From: Balanoglossus misakiensis
Taxonomy: Eukaryota > Animalia > Hemichordata
Direction of reading: 5' to 3'
DNA: 64,000 bases
Assembly: GCA_040954595.2 (NCBI GenBank)
Contig: CM082583.2
Coordinates: forward strand, 1,064,925-1,128,924
The position numbers and the translations under genes are program-made. The notes below the pieces were generated by a model. It searched no databases. It was not told the DNA's origin and was given only the letters and a program-made list of their open reading frames with translations. This document shows, piece after piece, positions 1 to 11,316 of this stretch (positions within the stretch are counted from its first letter, which is position 1; each line of letters opens with the position of its first letter).

Positions 1-152
1 TTCTTCCAATCATAGTACAGTGACCTACATAAAATAATTTTTTACACAAATTCACTACAAAATACACAATATACACTAAGCCTACTTTCAGGCAGATTTC
101 ATGTTTGATTTCATTTATAATTACAATAGATAAGTAAACAAAAAATGGTTAC

Positions 153-1835
153 CTGAAAGACTATTATATCCTCGACCACTCCCTCTGGTTTGCCACGCAC
201 CATCAACACTCGCAGAAAGACCACACTCGCCATCTGACCTGTCCATGGGACACAAAAGAATGGGCAAATAATTCAGTGATCATATAGAAGTGCACGACAA
301 GTGTATTTGCTCTCTTTACTCAAGTCTAAAGAACTGTTAGTGTTGGGTAAATCACTTCTTGGCCATGTACAAAAAAGATAAAACCATAGAAATAAACAAC
401 TATGGACCAACCCATTTAGAGTGGCTTCCTTCTCGTCAGCGATGGCATCTTCCGTCGAGTCATTTGCAACCTTCTCTATTGCCACGCCCACTTCTCGCTC
501 TCTCCTCTTCAAGGTGCTATGATGAATTGCTGGAATATTCAAGGAAGTCAGGAGACTGTTGAGCTGTCGACATCCAATCCCAGCGTGTATTATACCTGAA
601 ATAATAGGATCAAACAATGAACTGCATATCATCGATTATCAATAGCAAAAACAAGAGAAACATCCCGAATAACTGTCCTATCCAATCTTGCTTTGCGTTG
701 CAGGACTTGGGTCCTGCTGCTACGACTGTGTTTGAAGGCGTAGCCACAAGAAAAGCGGCACATGCAGCACTTTCACGCCCAGTTATCTGCGCTATGGGCC
801 ATCTTGACATCAAATGCAGATGTAAACAAACATGGCGGCAGTCGATGACGCTCGTGACCTCAACCACGACAATAAAAACATTCGTTTCAGTTTTCTTCTT
901 CGTTTTAGAGTAACACTCGTCAGTCATTTCTATAAAAAATTCTAAGATATAAAACGAACTATCCTAAATAAGAAACCGTACGGATATATCAAACACGGGG
1001 TATACACGCATCAGGTGACAACGGGTCGAGGTCATAGTGCAGTCATTGACTGAACGTAAACAAAACAAAGTTTTATCGTACGAGTGGCTAGGCATAGACA
1101 GTGTATACGAAAAGAGCATTACAATTAAAAACAGAAATAATAATCGCCAGACTGGATGGTGCCATAGAAAATGAAAATCTGCTCTCCTTGTGAGTTTTTT
1201 TGTCGTGACTTCTCCACGCGCGGCGATCGCGAGGACGTACGTGTTTAACAATAACATCAGACTGACAAGCGTACAACCAAAATAAAAGTGTACGTTGAAA
1301 ACTACCACTCTATCTAGCTAATAAACTGAAAAGTGTACAAACCTGAAGCCAATTTAGTATTCACGTCCCAGATCTTCCCATGTCTCTTGTCTGTCGATAT
1401 CAAATTTACTTTTTCGCACGCTTTGTTTTCGCATAATACGTGTAGCCAGCTGCCAAGACCGTGTACCGTTTCGTTGATACACGACGACAATCGCAGAGGA
1501 AGGCCACATTCATTGCATGCGTTCAAATTTTCGGCAAGAACGCCCAAGTCGACGACTCGTCGACCACTTTTCCAGTCTTGTGACACCAAAACATCTTCAT
1601 CGGTATCAACATCGCTGCTGTCACCGACGACTTCCTCGCGTACAACAAAACCAACGTCACATTTAAATCCTCCTCGTTTTGCAAGATAGGAGTGGTCGTG
1701 ATGAAAATTGTCGATCTCTTTTTTAAATTTCTTTGTCTTCCACGCAGTTCGCACGGAGCGCTGAACATGTTGACGGCGAATTTTTTCTTTCCCAGAAACA
1801 AATTTCCCACCTTTGCGAACTGCAGCAGACGACAT
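153..1835 (-). CDS. Spliced Kolobok/'Mutator-like' DDE transposase gene, 5' part (exons 1343-1835, 412-595, 153-238; continues beyond window start)
   Basis: GT-AG exons join in phase. They give ...GRRVVDLGVLAENLNACNEC...GLGSWLHVLCENKAC...WDVNTKLAS|GIIHAGIGCRQLNSLLTSLNIP...LKRREREVG...|SDGECGLSASVDGAWQTRGSGRGYNSLSG. The CxxC...GLGS...C..C zinc motif, DVN and DGxWxxRGSG..YNSLSG motifs are typical of this family. Confidence 0.85.
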
Positions 1836-1919
1836 CGCTGCTCTTTAAACTGACCTGAACTGACCCTCAACTTTTCAATACGTCACACTACGTCATGCGC
1901 AAAAATATGCGCAGTTTCC

Positions 1920-1970
1920 GGTTTTTATTCTGCGCATACATCCTTAAAGTGGACCATATATGACGTAATC
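1920..1970. mobile_element. Candidate back-to-back Kolobok-type termini sharing one TTAA (1944-1947)
   Basis: The sequence is ...GCATACATCC|TTAA|AGTGGACCATATATG. Both sides obey the Kolobok rule (TTAA target, RR...YY termini), and the site is ~110 bp upstream of the transposase ATG. Partner TIRs were not seen in the window. Confidence 0.45.
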
Positions 1971-2100
1971 TCTGCCCGGGTGCTTTTCAGGCTACCTGCA
2001 GGGAAAAATGATCGAGTCTCCCCGGTTTTGATGTGCGAGTTTATCGCTTCCCAGTACAAAAATCCAACTTTGTAGCCAGTTGAATGAACGGAAATTGTTT

Positions 2101-2148
2101 ACAAACAAACAAACAAACAAACAAACAAACAAACAAACAAACAAACAA
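2101..2148 (+). repeat. (AAAC)n microsatellite
   Basis: About 12 consecutive AAAC units. Confidence 0.95.
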
Positions 2149-2310
2149 AAATTAACAACATAATAACCACGATTCAGCACATTTGTTAATTATCGAGTAC
2201 ATTCTTTAATCAAATTCAGTCAAAACTCGTTCGTGTGAAAATATTACATATAAACTGTGCACGCACATCAAATATCCAAAATCACTGTCGTCATGAAAAG
2301 GACAGTTTGT

Positions 2311-3324
2311 TCAACCACCGCCCATATCATCATCATCGTCGTCGTCATCATCATGAAAGGCGTACGGGTCTGCAGAGGTGCCACTACTCTCCTGAAGCGG
2401 TAGATTCCTATAAAATTCTATTGCCTCCGGAGACAGGTAATTTTTGGCTAAACTCTGAAGATCCCGCCAAACTTTGCTCGCCAGTGGTCGACGTTCCTGA
2501 TAAAGTTTGTTCAGCGTACAATCTTGTAAACGCCGGTTCTGCTTCTTCTTTCTAAAGTCGACTACAATCGGGGTCTCGCTTGGATCTAGAGATGTTCTCA
2601 CCCAAACTTTATCTGCATGACTAAATGTTCTGAGGTTGCCGTCGGTATCAAGCCTTTCTCCTTCTCCAAAATTAAAATAGTGCATGGCTTGGTAGTAAAA
2701 AGTTACATTGTTTGTATCTGCATAACGCACAACGTACTCATTTTTCAGGAAATCAGAATAATTGAAAAAGTCTCTGTGAGTCATCTCCGTAACTCCAATG
2801 TTCCCATTCAGAGAAGATCCTCGAATCACAGATGTCCAATCGTGAGGTGTCTCTATACTCTGGAAACGACTTGCATGCCTTTCAATGGACGCAAAAACTC
2901 GGTCACAGGTGGAGTACGTGTGTCCAGCCACAAGAGTTTTATAGTCAATTCGTCGAAACACGCCCTTTCGTAACAGATAGTCATAGTAAAACATTAACTT
3001 CCCACACTTGAATTCGGCACGGCAGTTGTCGCTGTAAATAACTGCATGTCTGCTGGTCACACCCGAGTTATAAAAAAAGTGATTTAGACAGGTAATAACT
3101 TCATCGGGAGACTTTCTGCTATCGAGCTCTGTCCATACATAACAATGCATCTTTTCCGTTGTCCCGTTGTAAATTCCAAGGAGCTTCATTTGCAATTTCG
3201 ATTTAAAGTAAAAGTCTTCAGAGCTGAGTTTAGGAACCGGCAATGACTTGTGGAAGTCCATATGTAGCACCATCCAATCGTTGGTCGTACAAAACCTCTG
3301 TTCGTTTTCCACCACACCTTCCAT
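2311..3324 (-). CDS. Sola1-type DDD transposase, catalytic (C-terminal) half only
   Basis: Uninterrupted frame with MDFHKSLPVP..FYFKSKL, CYVWTE..RKSPDEVITCL, YSDNCRAEFK and AGHTYSTCDRVFASIE, so all three catalytic Asp are present; acidic tail. First in-frame ATG is at 3324. A possible short upstream exon 3414-3440 would join through an 86-nt intron. Confidence 0.85.
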   Translation of the reverse strand: MEGVVENEQRFCTTNDWMVLHMDFHKSLPVPKLSSEDFYFKSKLQMKLLGIYNGTTEKMHCYVWTELDSRKSPDEVITCLNHFFYNSGVTSRHAVIYSDNCRAEFKCGKLMFYYDYLLRKGVFRRIDYKTLVAGHTYSTCDRVFASIERHASRFQSIETPHDWTSVIRGSSLNGNIGVTEMTHRDFFNYSDFLKNEYVVRYADTNNVTFYYQAMHYFNFGEGERLDTDGNLRTFSHADKVWVRTSLDPSETPIVVDFRKKKQNRRLQDCTLNKLYQERRPLASKVWRDLQSLAKNYLSPEAIEFYRNLPLQESSGTSADPYAFHDDDDDDDDDMGGG

Positions 3325-3487
3325 GCTCTGACAGCATTGTTTAGCAATAAAAAAGAACGGTTGCCGACAACTATAGAGGCACCCAACAGCTCGCAACGAT
3401 TTTTTTTCCGAACGTGAAGTCGTTCGTTCGTTTGTTCCATGCCGCGTTTAGTCAGTCAGTACTTGAACAAATACTTCAGCTGTGACC

Positions 3488-4444
3488 ATGGCCTGCCGGG
3501 GAGTTGCTTATGCGTGGGAACCCATTCCTGTGTGGCAGCAACGCAGAACCGAACTGTCAGCTCGAGCCAACAAGCCACGTAGGAATTCTAAAAAGACGTG
3601 TCCGAGACAAAAACCAAGGAAAAATCGCCCTTTTCCAGATATTGACAGTCTTTCCTTGGAATGCGCCTGCGTTCAAGGGAATTGTCTGCGGAAGCTTGGG
3701 AGTACGCATGTTTTAGGCACCACGAGAAAATATTTTGATGGTCGCGTGTATAATGAACAGAACTTGATGCTCTACAAACTGATGGATATACAGATGAAGT
3801 CACACAAGAAATCGGTTCGTTATCACCTGGTGAATGAAGGCGGTGAAACGGTTACTGTCTGCAAAAATGCATTCCTGAAATTATTTGGCATTAGTGAGAG
3901 GCGGACTAGAACCGTTCTAAGCAAAATGATGCACTGTTCAACTGGTCTGATGCCAGATGCAAGGGGCCGACACAAAGGGCATCGTCGGAAACTCAATCCA
4001 AATTTGCTGACTGATATCACTGAACACGTACGCAGGCACAGAATTGTAGAATCTCACTACTGCAGGAATCCTCGATTTAAACCGTACCTGGCGCCGGACC
4101 ACAGTATATCGCAGTTACACCGAGAGTTCATAACCAACCAATCTCTTCTGGGAAGAACAACTGTCAGTTATACGATATTTCGTAAAATTGTGAGAGAGGA
4201 CCTAAATACGGGACTCAGAAAACCCCATGAAGATACATGTATAAAGTGTGATACTTATGTAAATAAGAAAAAACACGCCAGCCCAGCTTTGAAAATTCAA
4301 TTACAGCATGAACATGACGGACATTTGAAAGTAGCTGATTTTCACTATGCATGTCACCACTATGATTTCAAAATCCTTGCAAAACAGAGAGATTCTGACA
4401 CAAACAGTGAACCACGTTGGCCACAGTGGAAAGAAACTAGTTAG
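3488..4444 (+). CDS. Sola1-type transposase, N-terminal DNA-binding/zinc half only
   Basis: Motifs CAC..NC, VCKNAFLKLFGIS, DARGRH, ESHYCR, YL...SISQLH, VSYTIFRKI and P..DTCIKCD...H..H are present. The frame stops (TAG 4442-4444) where the catalytic domain would normally begin. Confidence 0.85.
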   Translation: MACRGVAYAWEPIPVWQQRRTELSARANKPRRNSKKTCPRQKPRKNRPFPDIDSLSLECACVQGNCLRKLGSTHVLGTTRKYFDGRVYNEQNLMLYKLMDIQMKSHKKSVRYHLVNEGGETVTVCKNAFLKLFGISERRTRTVLSKMMHCSTGLMPDARGRHKGHRRKLNPNLLTDITEHVRRHRIVESHYCRNPRFKPYLAPDHSISQLHREFITNQSLLGRTTVSYTIFRKIVREDLNTGLRKPHEDTCIKCDTYVNKKKHASPALKIQLQHEHDGHLKVADFHYACHHYDFKILAKQRDSDTNSEPRWPQWKETS

Positions 4445-5746
4445 TCACTTGTTTCTCAGAAACGTTTTGTAAAGTGCATAATCTAATGTGTCATTTAAAG
4501 ACTGTAAACAACAAACACATTCTATGTAATTCATCCATGTTTATTGAGAACAAAAAATTGGAGTTTGCTCTACACAACGTCTAATTTTTACTTTGATGGC
4601 AGTGACACAGGGAAAACATCAGATATGCTTACTTTCTGGTATGTTAGCTTATGCAAATGACCTATGTCTCAATCACATATTTATAGGGTGAGTGAAGGCA
4701 GAAATGTATCATTCTGGTCAACATGACCGGTTCAGGTAAATGACACATTCAAAATTTATAGTTGATTAAAATACTTGTACAAAAATGCAATATTGTCTGT
4801 AAACATAAATAAAACCAGGGCCAGGAATGCACATGGAACTTTACTGGTCTGATGCCAGATGCAAGGGGCCGACACAAAGGGCATCGTCGGAAACTCAATC
4901 CAAATTTGCTGACTGATATCACTGAACACGTACGCAGGCACAGAATTGTAGAATCTCACTACTGCAGGAATCCTCGATTTAAACCGTACCTGGCGCCGGC
5001 CCACAGTATATCGCAGTTACACCGAGAGTTCATAACCAACCAATCTCTTCTGGGAAGAACAACTGTCAGTTATACGATATTTCGTAAAATTGTGAGAGAG
5101 GACCTAAATACGGGACTCAAAAAACCCCATGAAGATACATGTATAAAGTGTGATACTTATGTAAATAAGAAAAAACACGCCAGCCCAGCTTTGAAAATTC
5201 AATTACAGCATGAACATGACGGACATTTGAAAGTAGCTGATTTTCACTATGCATGTCACCACTATGATTTCAAAATCCTTGCAAAACAGAGAGATTCTGA
5301 CACAAACAGTGAACCACGTTGGCCACAGTGGAAAGAAACTAGTTAGTCACTTGTTTCTCAGAAATGTTTTGTAAAGTGCATAATCTAATGTGTCATTTAA
5401 AGACTGTAAACAACAAACACATTCTATGTAATTCATCCATGTTTATTGAGAACAAAAAATTGGAGTTTGCTCTACACAACGTCTAATTTTTACTTTGATG
5501 GCAGTGACACAGGGAAAACAACAGATATGCTTACTTTCTGGTATGTTAGCTTATGCAAATGACCTATGTCTCAATCACATATTTATAGGGTGAGTGAAGG
5601 CAGAAATGTATCATTCTGGTCAACATGACCGGTTCAGGTAAATGAAAACATTCAAAATTTATAGTTGATTAAAATACTTGTACAAAAATGCAATATTGTC
5701 TGTAAACATAAATAAAACCAGGGCCAGGAATGCACGTGGAACTTTA
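3941..5746 (+). repeat. 902-bp tandem duplication (3941-4842 / 4843-~5746) copying the 3' half of the Sola N-half ORF and its downstream region
   Basis: The copies are near-identical. ORF 4852-5346 equals the last 164 aa of 3488-4444 with 2 substitutions. The junction lies at ACT(T)GGT microhomology. Confidence 0.95.
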
Positions 5747-7845
5747 CTTGGTGGCGTGCCGGGAAAGAAGGTGCTCTCCTCTGCTCAACTGCCACCAATA
5801 AACTGGCCCACAGCAGATGAGTTCATTTCAACAGGTGCCAAGCTCTTCGGCTAGAATAGATAAAATATATTGATGCCACAATGAATGAATGAAAACAGTA
5901 TGATTGACCAGGCAATGGAGCTCTCCAATGGCACGTAAGAATCTAGAATAGGCAAATTTGCAATTACACTCACTCGCATGAATGAATGCTGGCATCTGTG
6001 GTGGGCGGCGTGGAACTTTACTTGGTGGCGTGCCGGGAAGGAAGGTGCTCTCCTCAGCTCAACTGCCACCAATAAACTGGCCCACAGCAGATGAGTTCAT
6101 TTCAACAGGTGCCAAGCTCTTTGGCTAGAATAGATAAAATATATTGATGCCGCAATGAATGAATGAAAACAGTATGAATGACCAGTCAATGGAGCTCTCC
6201 AATGGCACGTAAGATTCTAGAATAGGCAAATTTGCAATTACACTCACTCGCATGAATGAATGCTGGCATCTGTGGTGGGCGGCGTGGAACTTTACTTGGT
6301 GGCGTGCCGGGAAGGAAGGTGCTCTCCTCAGCTCAACTGCCACCAATAAACTGGCCCACAGCAGATGAGTTCATTTCAACAGGTGCCAAGCTCTTTGGCT
6401 AGAATAGATAAAATATATTGATGCCGCAATGAATGAATGAAAACAGTATGAATGACCAGTCAACGGAGCTCTCCAATGGCACGTAAGATCTGTCTTGAAA
6501 TTGCAGAAAGTACTCTAATTTGAAACAGGGTTAAAGACCATACAACACACCCAGCAGTGAGGGCGCTTTAGTGCATGTACACAATTAATAATTGATGCAG
6601 GACGGCTTGCCAATTAAATGTCTATTTTACAGAAAATATAAGGTACTTTCACCATTTCCATTACAGATCTAGAATAGGCAAATTTGCAATTACACTCACT
6701 CGCATGAATGAATGCTGGCATCTGTGGTGGGCGGCGTGGAACTTTACTTGGTGGCGTGCCGGGAAGGAAGGTGCTCTCCTCAGCTCAACTGCCACCAATA
6801 AACTGGCCCACAGCAGATGAGTTCATTTCAACAGGTGCCAAGCTCTTTGGCTAGAATAGATAAAATATATTGATGCCGCAATGAATGAATGAAAACAGTA
6901 TGAATGACCAGTCAATGGAGCTCTCCAATGGCACGTAAGATTCTAGAATAGGCAAATTTGCAATTACACTCACTCGCATGAATGAATGCTGGCATCTGTG
7001 GTGGGCGGCGTGGAACTTTACTTGGTGGCGTGCCGGGAAAGAAGGTGCTCTCCTCAGCTCAACTGCCACCAATAAACTGGCCCACAGCAGATGAGTTCAT
7101 TTCAACAGGTGCCAAGCTCTTTGGCTAGAATAGATAAAATATATTGATGCCGCAATGAATGAATGAAAACAGTATGAATGACCAGTCAACGGAGCTCTCC
7201 AATGGCACGAAAGATCTGTCTTGAAATTGCAGAAAGTACTCTAATTTGAAACAGGGTTAAAGACCATACAACACACCCAGCAGTGAGGGCGCTTTAGTGC
7301 ATGTACACAATTAATAATTGATGCAGGACGGCTTGCCAATTAAATGTCTATTTTACAGAAAATATAAGGTACTTTCTCCATTTCCATTACAGATCTAGAA
7401 TAGGCAAATTTGCAATTACACTCACTCGCATGAATGAATGCTGGCATCTGTGGTGGGCGGCGTGGAACTTTACTTGGTGGCGTGCCGGGAAGGAAGGTGC
7501 TCTCCTCAGCTCAACTGCCACCAATAAACTGGCCCACAGCAGATGAGTTCATTTCAACAGGTGCCAAGCTCTTTGGCTAGAATAGATAAAATATATTGAT
7601 GCCGCAATGAATGAATGAAAACAGTATGAATGACCAGTCAACGGAGCTCTCCAATGGCACGTAAGATCTGTCTTGAAATTGCAGAAAGTACTCTAATTTG
7701 AAACAGGGTTAAAGACCATACAACACACCCAGCAGTGAGGGCGCTTTAGTGCATGTACACAATTAATAATTGATGCAGGACGGCTTGCCAATTAAATGTC
7801 TATTTTACAGAAAATATAAGGTACTTTCTCCATTTCCATTACAGA
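5735..7845. repeat. Tandem array of 274-bp and 452-bp unit variants (about 6 units)
   Basis: GTGGAACTTTACTTGGTGGCGTGCC recurs at ~5736, 6010, 6284, 6736, 7010 and 7462. Long units carry an extra 178 bp bounded by AGATCT. Confidence 0.95.
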
Positions 7846-7901
7846 TATATATATATATATATATAGTAGAGTGTGCAAGGGAACTAAGGCTGTTTTGACA
7901 T

Positions 7902-7964
7902 AGGCGGTGTATTACTGTTCAGTTTCGTGTAAGCGGGGCCTACACTCGTCAGATACTGATGCCT
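7902..7964 (-). ncRNA. Second hammerhead ribozyme copy in the inverted PLE segment
   Basis: Exact reverse complement of 11152-11214. Confidence 0.88.
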
Positions 7965-8929
7965 GAATGATGGTGAAGGGTGTGGACAACAGGGAATTGG
8001 GTAGGGTGGATATGCAAATGGGCCTACATTTGAATGGGAGTGTGTATTGATTGGGGCTGTGTGGAGGGGTGCTGATTGGCCAGATTCTTCAGGAGGAATT
8101 TGCTGGAGTGGCGGCATGTGCTGACGAGTTCGTTACGTTTGTTGAGTGTGGCTAGTTTTGGTTTGCATATGATGAAATATTTTTCCCAAAGACATAGGTT
8201 GCATCTGTTGCTGGTGGGGGTATAGGGGCTAGCTTGTTTTATTGTTTTCCATGTGATTTTGTGTTCTATGTGCTCGTCCTTTAGTTTCCAAATGTATTTA
8301 CTGAGTTCTGTACTGTTCTTTTTGGCGGCGTTCCTGAATGAGTCCTTGTGGTTGTTGAAGCGGGTCTTGAAGGTGTTGGCAGTTAGTCCGACGTAGGTTT
8401 GGTCTGGCTTGCTATCCTGCGTAGTAACGGTGGCTTGGTATACAATTGATTCGGTCAGGCAGTGTCCTGACATTGGGCAGTTTGCAGGTGACCGGCAGTT
8501 GCATTGTTTTTTAGTGCTGTTGTCGTTGTTGCTGGAAAGTACCGATTTGTTGTGATTCTGGATGGTTTGTGCTGTGTTGCTCATGGTGCTGTAGCTTATT
8601 TATACTGTGTTCCGGTTGAATATCTTGTGGAGGGTGTGGCTTGGTGGGAATTCTTCGTTAATTATTTTGAGGAACTCTCTCCCTATATGTGTGGCGACGT
8701 TTTTACTGTACGGTGGGGTGTACCATATTGTGTTCCTGCTGCGGTTTCTCTTGTGGGCTTGTGGTTGTTCTGTTGGCGGCGTGAATTTCAGTTCATGTTT
8801 GTATCCGCTTTTGTAGATGGCCTGTTGGTATAGTGGTGCGGCCGTGTTGAAGCATTCGTCGTGCAACGAACTCCCAAATCGTATTACTACGCTCCCATGT
8901 GTCGAGCACTCTTCGCAAATACCACTGTC

Positions 8930-11092
8930 ATGGAACCCAGAAGTTTTGACTATTCAACGAAGAACATCGGACTACCATCAGAACGTGAGTACAACAGGAA
9001 ACTGATAGAAAAAACCGAGCACCTATGCAGACGCATGTGATGGAAAGCCTACTTCTTTCTAAACCCAGAAACACGTGCCATAAACAAAGAAACATACGGA
9101 TTCAACTCAAAAAAGACACCACCGCAAATTCAAGAATTGGTAAGCTTTGAAGGCAGGCTGCTGAACATGATCGAAAACATAAAATTTCAAAATATTAACT
9201 GCCGCTTCCAAAGACAACTAGCATCAGATGTTAGCAAAATCAAGAAATCCCAGGACCTCCTCGTACCAGCAGACAAATCCAACAACTTTTACAAGATGGA
9301 CCCCCCTTCCTACAATACCTTACTAAGCAAGAACATTACTAAGTCATATAAGAAGGTCCCCCCGGAAACCACCAAAATGATCGAAACCGACGCCGCCCAC
9401 ATTGCAGCAAAACTAGACCTTGGTGACAGAATCAACACCACAGCCAAAAGGGAAGCATTCATAACCCTGAAAGACCATAAGCCCAACTTCAAAAACAAGC
9501 CTACATGCCGTCTCATCAACCCAGCAAAATCAGAAATCGGAAAAATCAGCAAACAAATACTAGACAGAATCAACAAGAAAGTCATCACAAAGACAGGTCT
9601 CAACCAATGGAAGAGCACCAAAGCAGTTCTAAAATGGTTTAATAGCATCCCCAACAAGCACCAATATTCATTCATTGCATTCGATGTGGTAGACTTTTAC
9701 CCATCCATCTCGGCCGACCTGCTCAACACAGCGCTGGAATTTGCATCCAACCATGATAATATCACAAATGACGATAAAGAAATTATCACCCATGCCAAGA
9801 GATCATGCCTCTTCAACGAAAATGAACAATGGACGAAAAAATCATCATCCAACCTATTTGACGTAACCATGGGGAGCTACGATGGCGCCGAAACATGCGA
9901 GCTTGTCGGCACATTCATACTCCACGAGATCACCAAAAAACACGGCAACCAATTTGGCCTATACAGGGACGACGGCCTCGGTATAATCAAGGCGTCAGCA
10001 CGACAAGTGGAACGCAAAAAGAAAGACCTCTGCGCCATCTTCAACCAATATGGACTGAAAATCACAATCGAAGCCAACAAAAAAATTGTGAACTTTCTCG
10101 ACACCACCCTGAACCTAACCACCGGAAAATACCAGCCCCACACGAAACCCAACAACATACCGCAATACGTCCACAGCAAATCAAACCACCCACCAGGAAT
10201 CCTCAAAAACATACCAGAATCCATCAACAAGCGACTCTCAGAAATTTCATATGACGACGAATGCTTCAACACGGCCGCACCACTATACCAACAGGCCATC
10301 TACAAAAGCGGATACAAACATGAACTGAAATTCATGCCGCCAACAGAACAACCACAAGCCCACAAGAGAAACCGCAGCAGGAACATAATATGGTACACCC
10401 CACCGTACAGTAAAAACGTCGCCACACATATAGGGAGAGAGTTCCTCAAAATAATTAACGAAGAATTCCCACCAAGCCACACCCTCCACAAGATATTCAA
10501 CCGGAACACAGTATAAATAAGCTACAGCACCATGAGCAACACAGCACAAACCATCCAGAATCACAACAAATCGGTACTTTCCAGCAACAACGACAACAGC
10601 ACTAAAAAACAATGCAACTGCCGGTCACCTGCAAACTGCCCAATGTCAGGACACTGCCTGACCGAATCAATTGTATACCAAGCCACCGTTACTACGCAGG
10701 ATAGCAAGCCAGACCAAACCTACGTCGGACTAACTGCCAACACCTTCAAGACCCGCTTCAACAACCACAAGGACTCATTCAGGAACGCCGCCAAAAAGAA
10801 CAGTACAGAACTCAGTAAATACATTTGGAAACTAAAGGACGAGCACATAGAACACAAAATCACATGGAAAACAATAAAACAAGCTAGCCCCTATACCCCC
10901 ACCAGCAACAGATGCAACCTATGTCTTTGGGAAAAATATTTCATCATATGCAAACCAAAACTAGCCACACTCAACAAACGTAACGAACTCGTCAGCACAT
11001 GCCGCCACTCCAGCAAATTCCTCCTGAAGAATCTGGCCAATCAGCACCCCTCCACACAGCCCCAATCAATACACACTCCCATTCAAATGTAG
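8930..11092 (+). pseudogene. PLE reverse transcriptase + GIY-YIG endonuclease ORF with two in-frame stops
   Basis: MEPRSFDYSTKNIGLP...RRM*WKAYFF (TGA ~9038). RT motifs are FDVVDFYPSI, MGSYDGAE, LYRDDGL and NFLD. NTV*ISYS has a TAA at 10514-10516. The C-terminus reads CNCR..CP..GHC, IVYQATV..YVGLT..FKTRFNNH, CNLCLWEK. Confidence 0.92.
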
Positions 11093-11151
11093 GCCCATTT
11101 GCATATCCACCCTACCCAATTCCCTGTTGTCCACACCCTTCACCATCATTC

Positions 11152-11214
11152 AGGCATCAGTATCTGACGAGTGTAGGCCCCGCTTACACGAAACTGAACA
11201 GTAATACACCGCCT
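11152..11214 (+). ncRNA. Type I (minimal) hammerhead ribozyme in the PLE terminal repeat
   Basis: GTAT-CTGACGA-GTGTAGG(CCCCG)CTTACAC-GAAA-CTG(AA)CAG-TA-ATAC. It has the conserved CUGANGA/GAAA core, a 7-bp stem II, a short stem III, a GUA cleavage triplet, and stem I GTAT/ATAC extended by AGGC/GCCT. Confidence 0.9.
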
Positions 11215-11316
11215 ATGTCAAAACAGCCTTAGTTCCCTTGCACACTCTACTATCAAGCTCTGGATTTACACCATCGAGCACTCTGCCAGCAGTACTTGCA
11301 ACGAACTCCCAAATCG

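Noticed and set aside
5925-5940. TGGCAC|GTAAG as the missing 'WH' exon end of the IS3EU transposase
   Set aside because: The phase (0) does not match the phase-1 acceptor at 11694, and the upstream residues do not resemble the GPN..WH motif.
5851-7072. Three 73-aa ORFs MVAVELRRAP...
   Set aside because: Non-ATG starts, no recognisable motif, and explained by the tandem repeat.
8024-8584. Independent GIY-YIG homing endonuclease gene
   Set aside because: It is the mirror copy of the PLE endonuclease domain, appearing as a separate ORF only because of the upstream TAA.
9030-9050. In-frame TGA in a Naiad-like PLE as selenocysteine
   Set aside because: Some Naiads encode Sec, but this TGA replaces the Arg of the conserved RMRWKA motif (CGA>TGA, CpG decay). 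The conserved Cys codons are TGC/TGT and I saw no clear SECIS.
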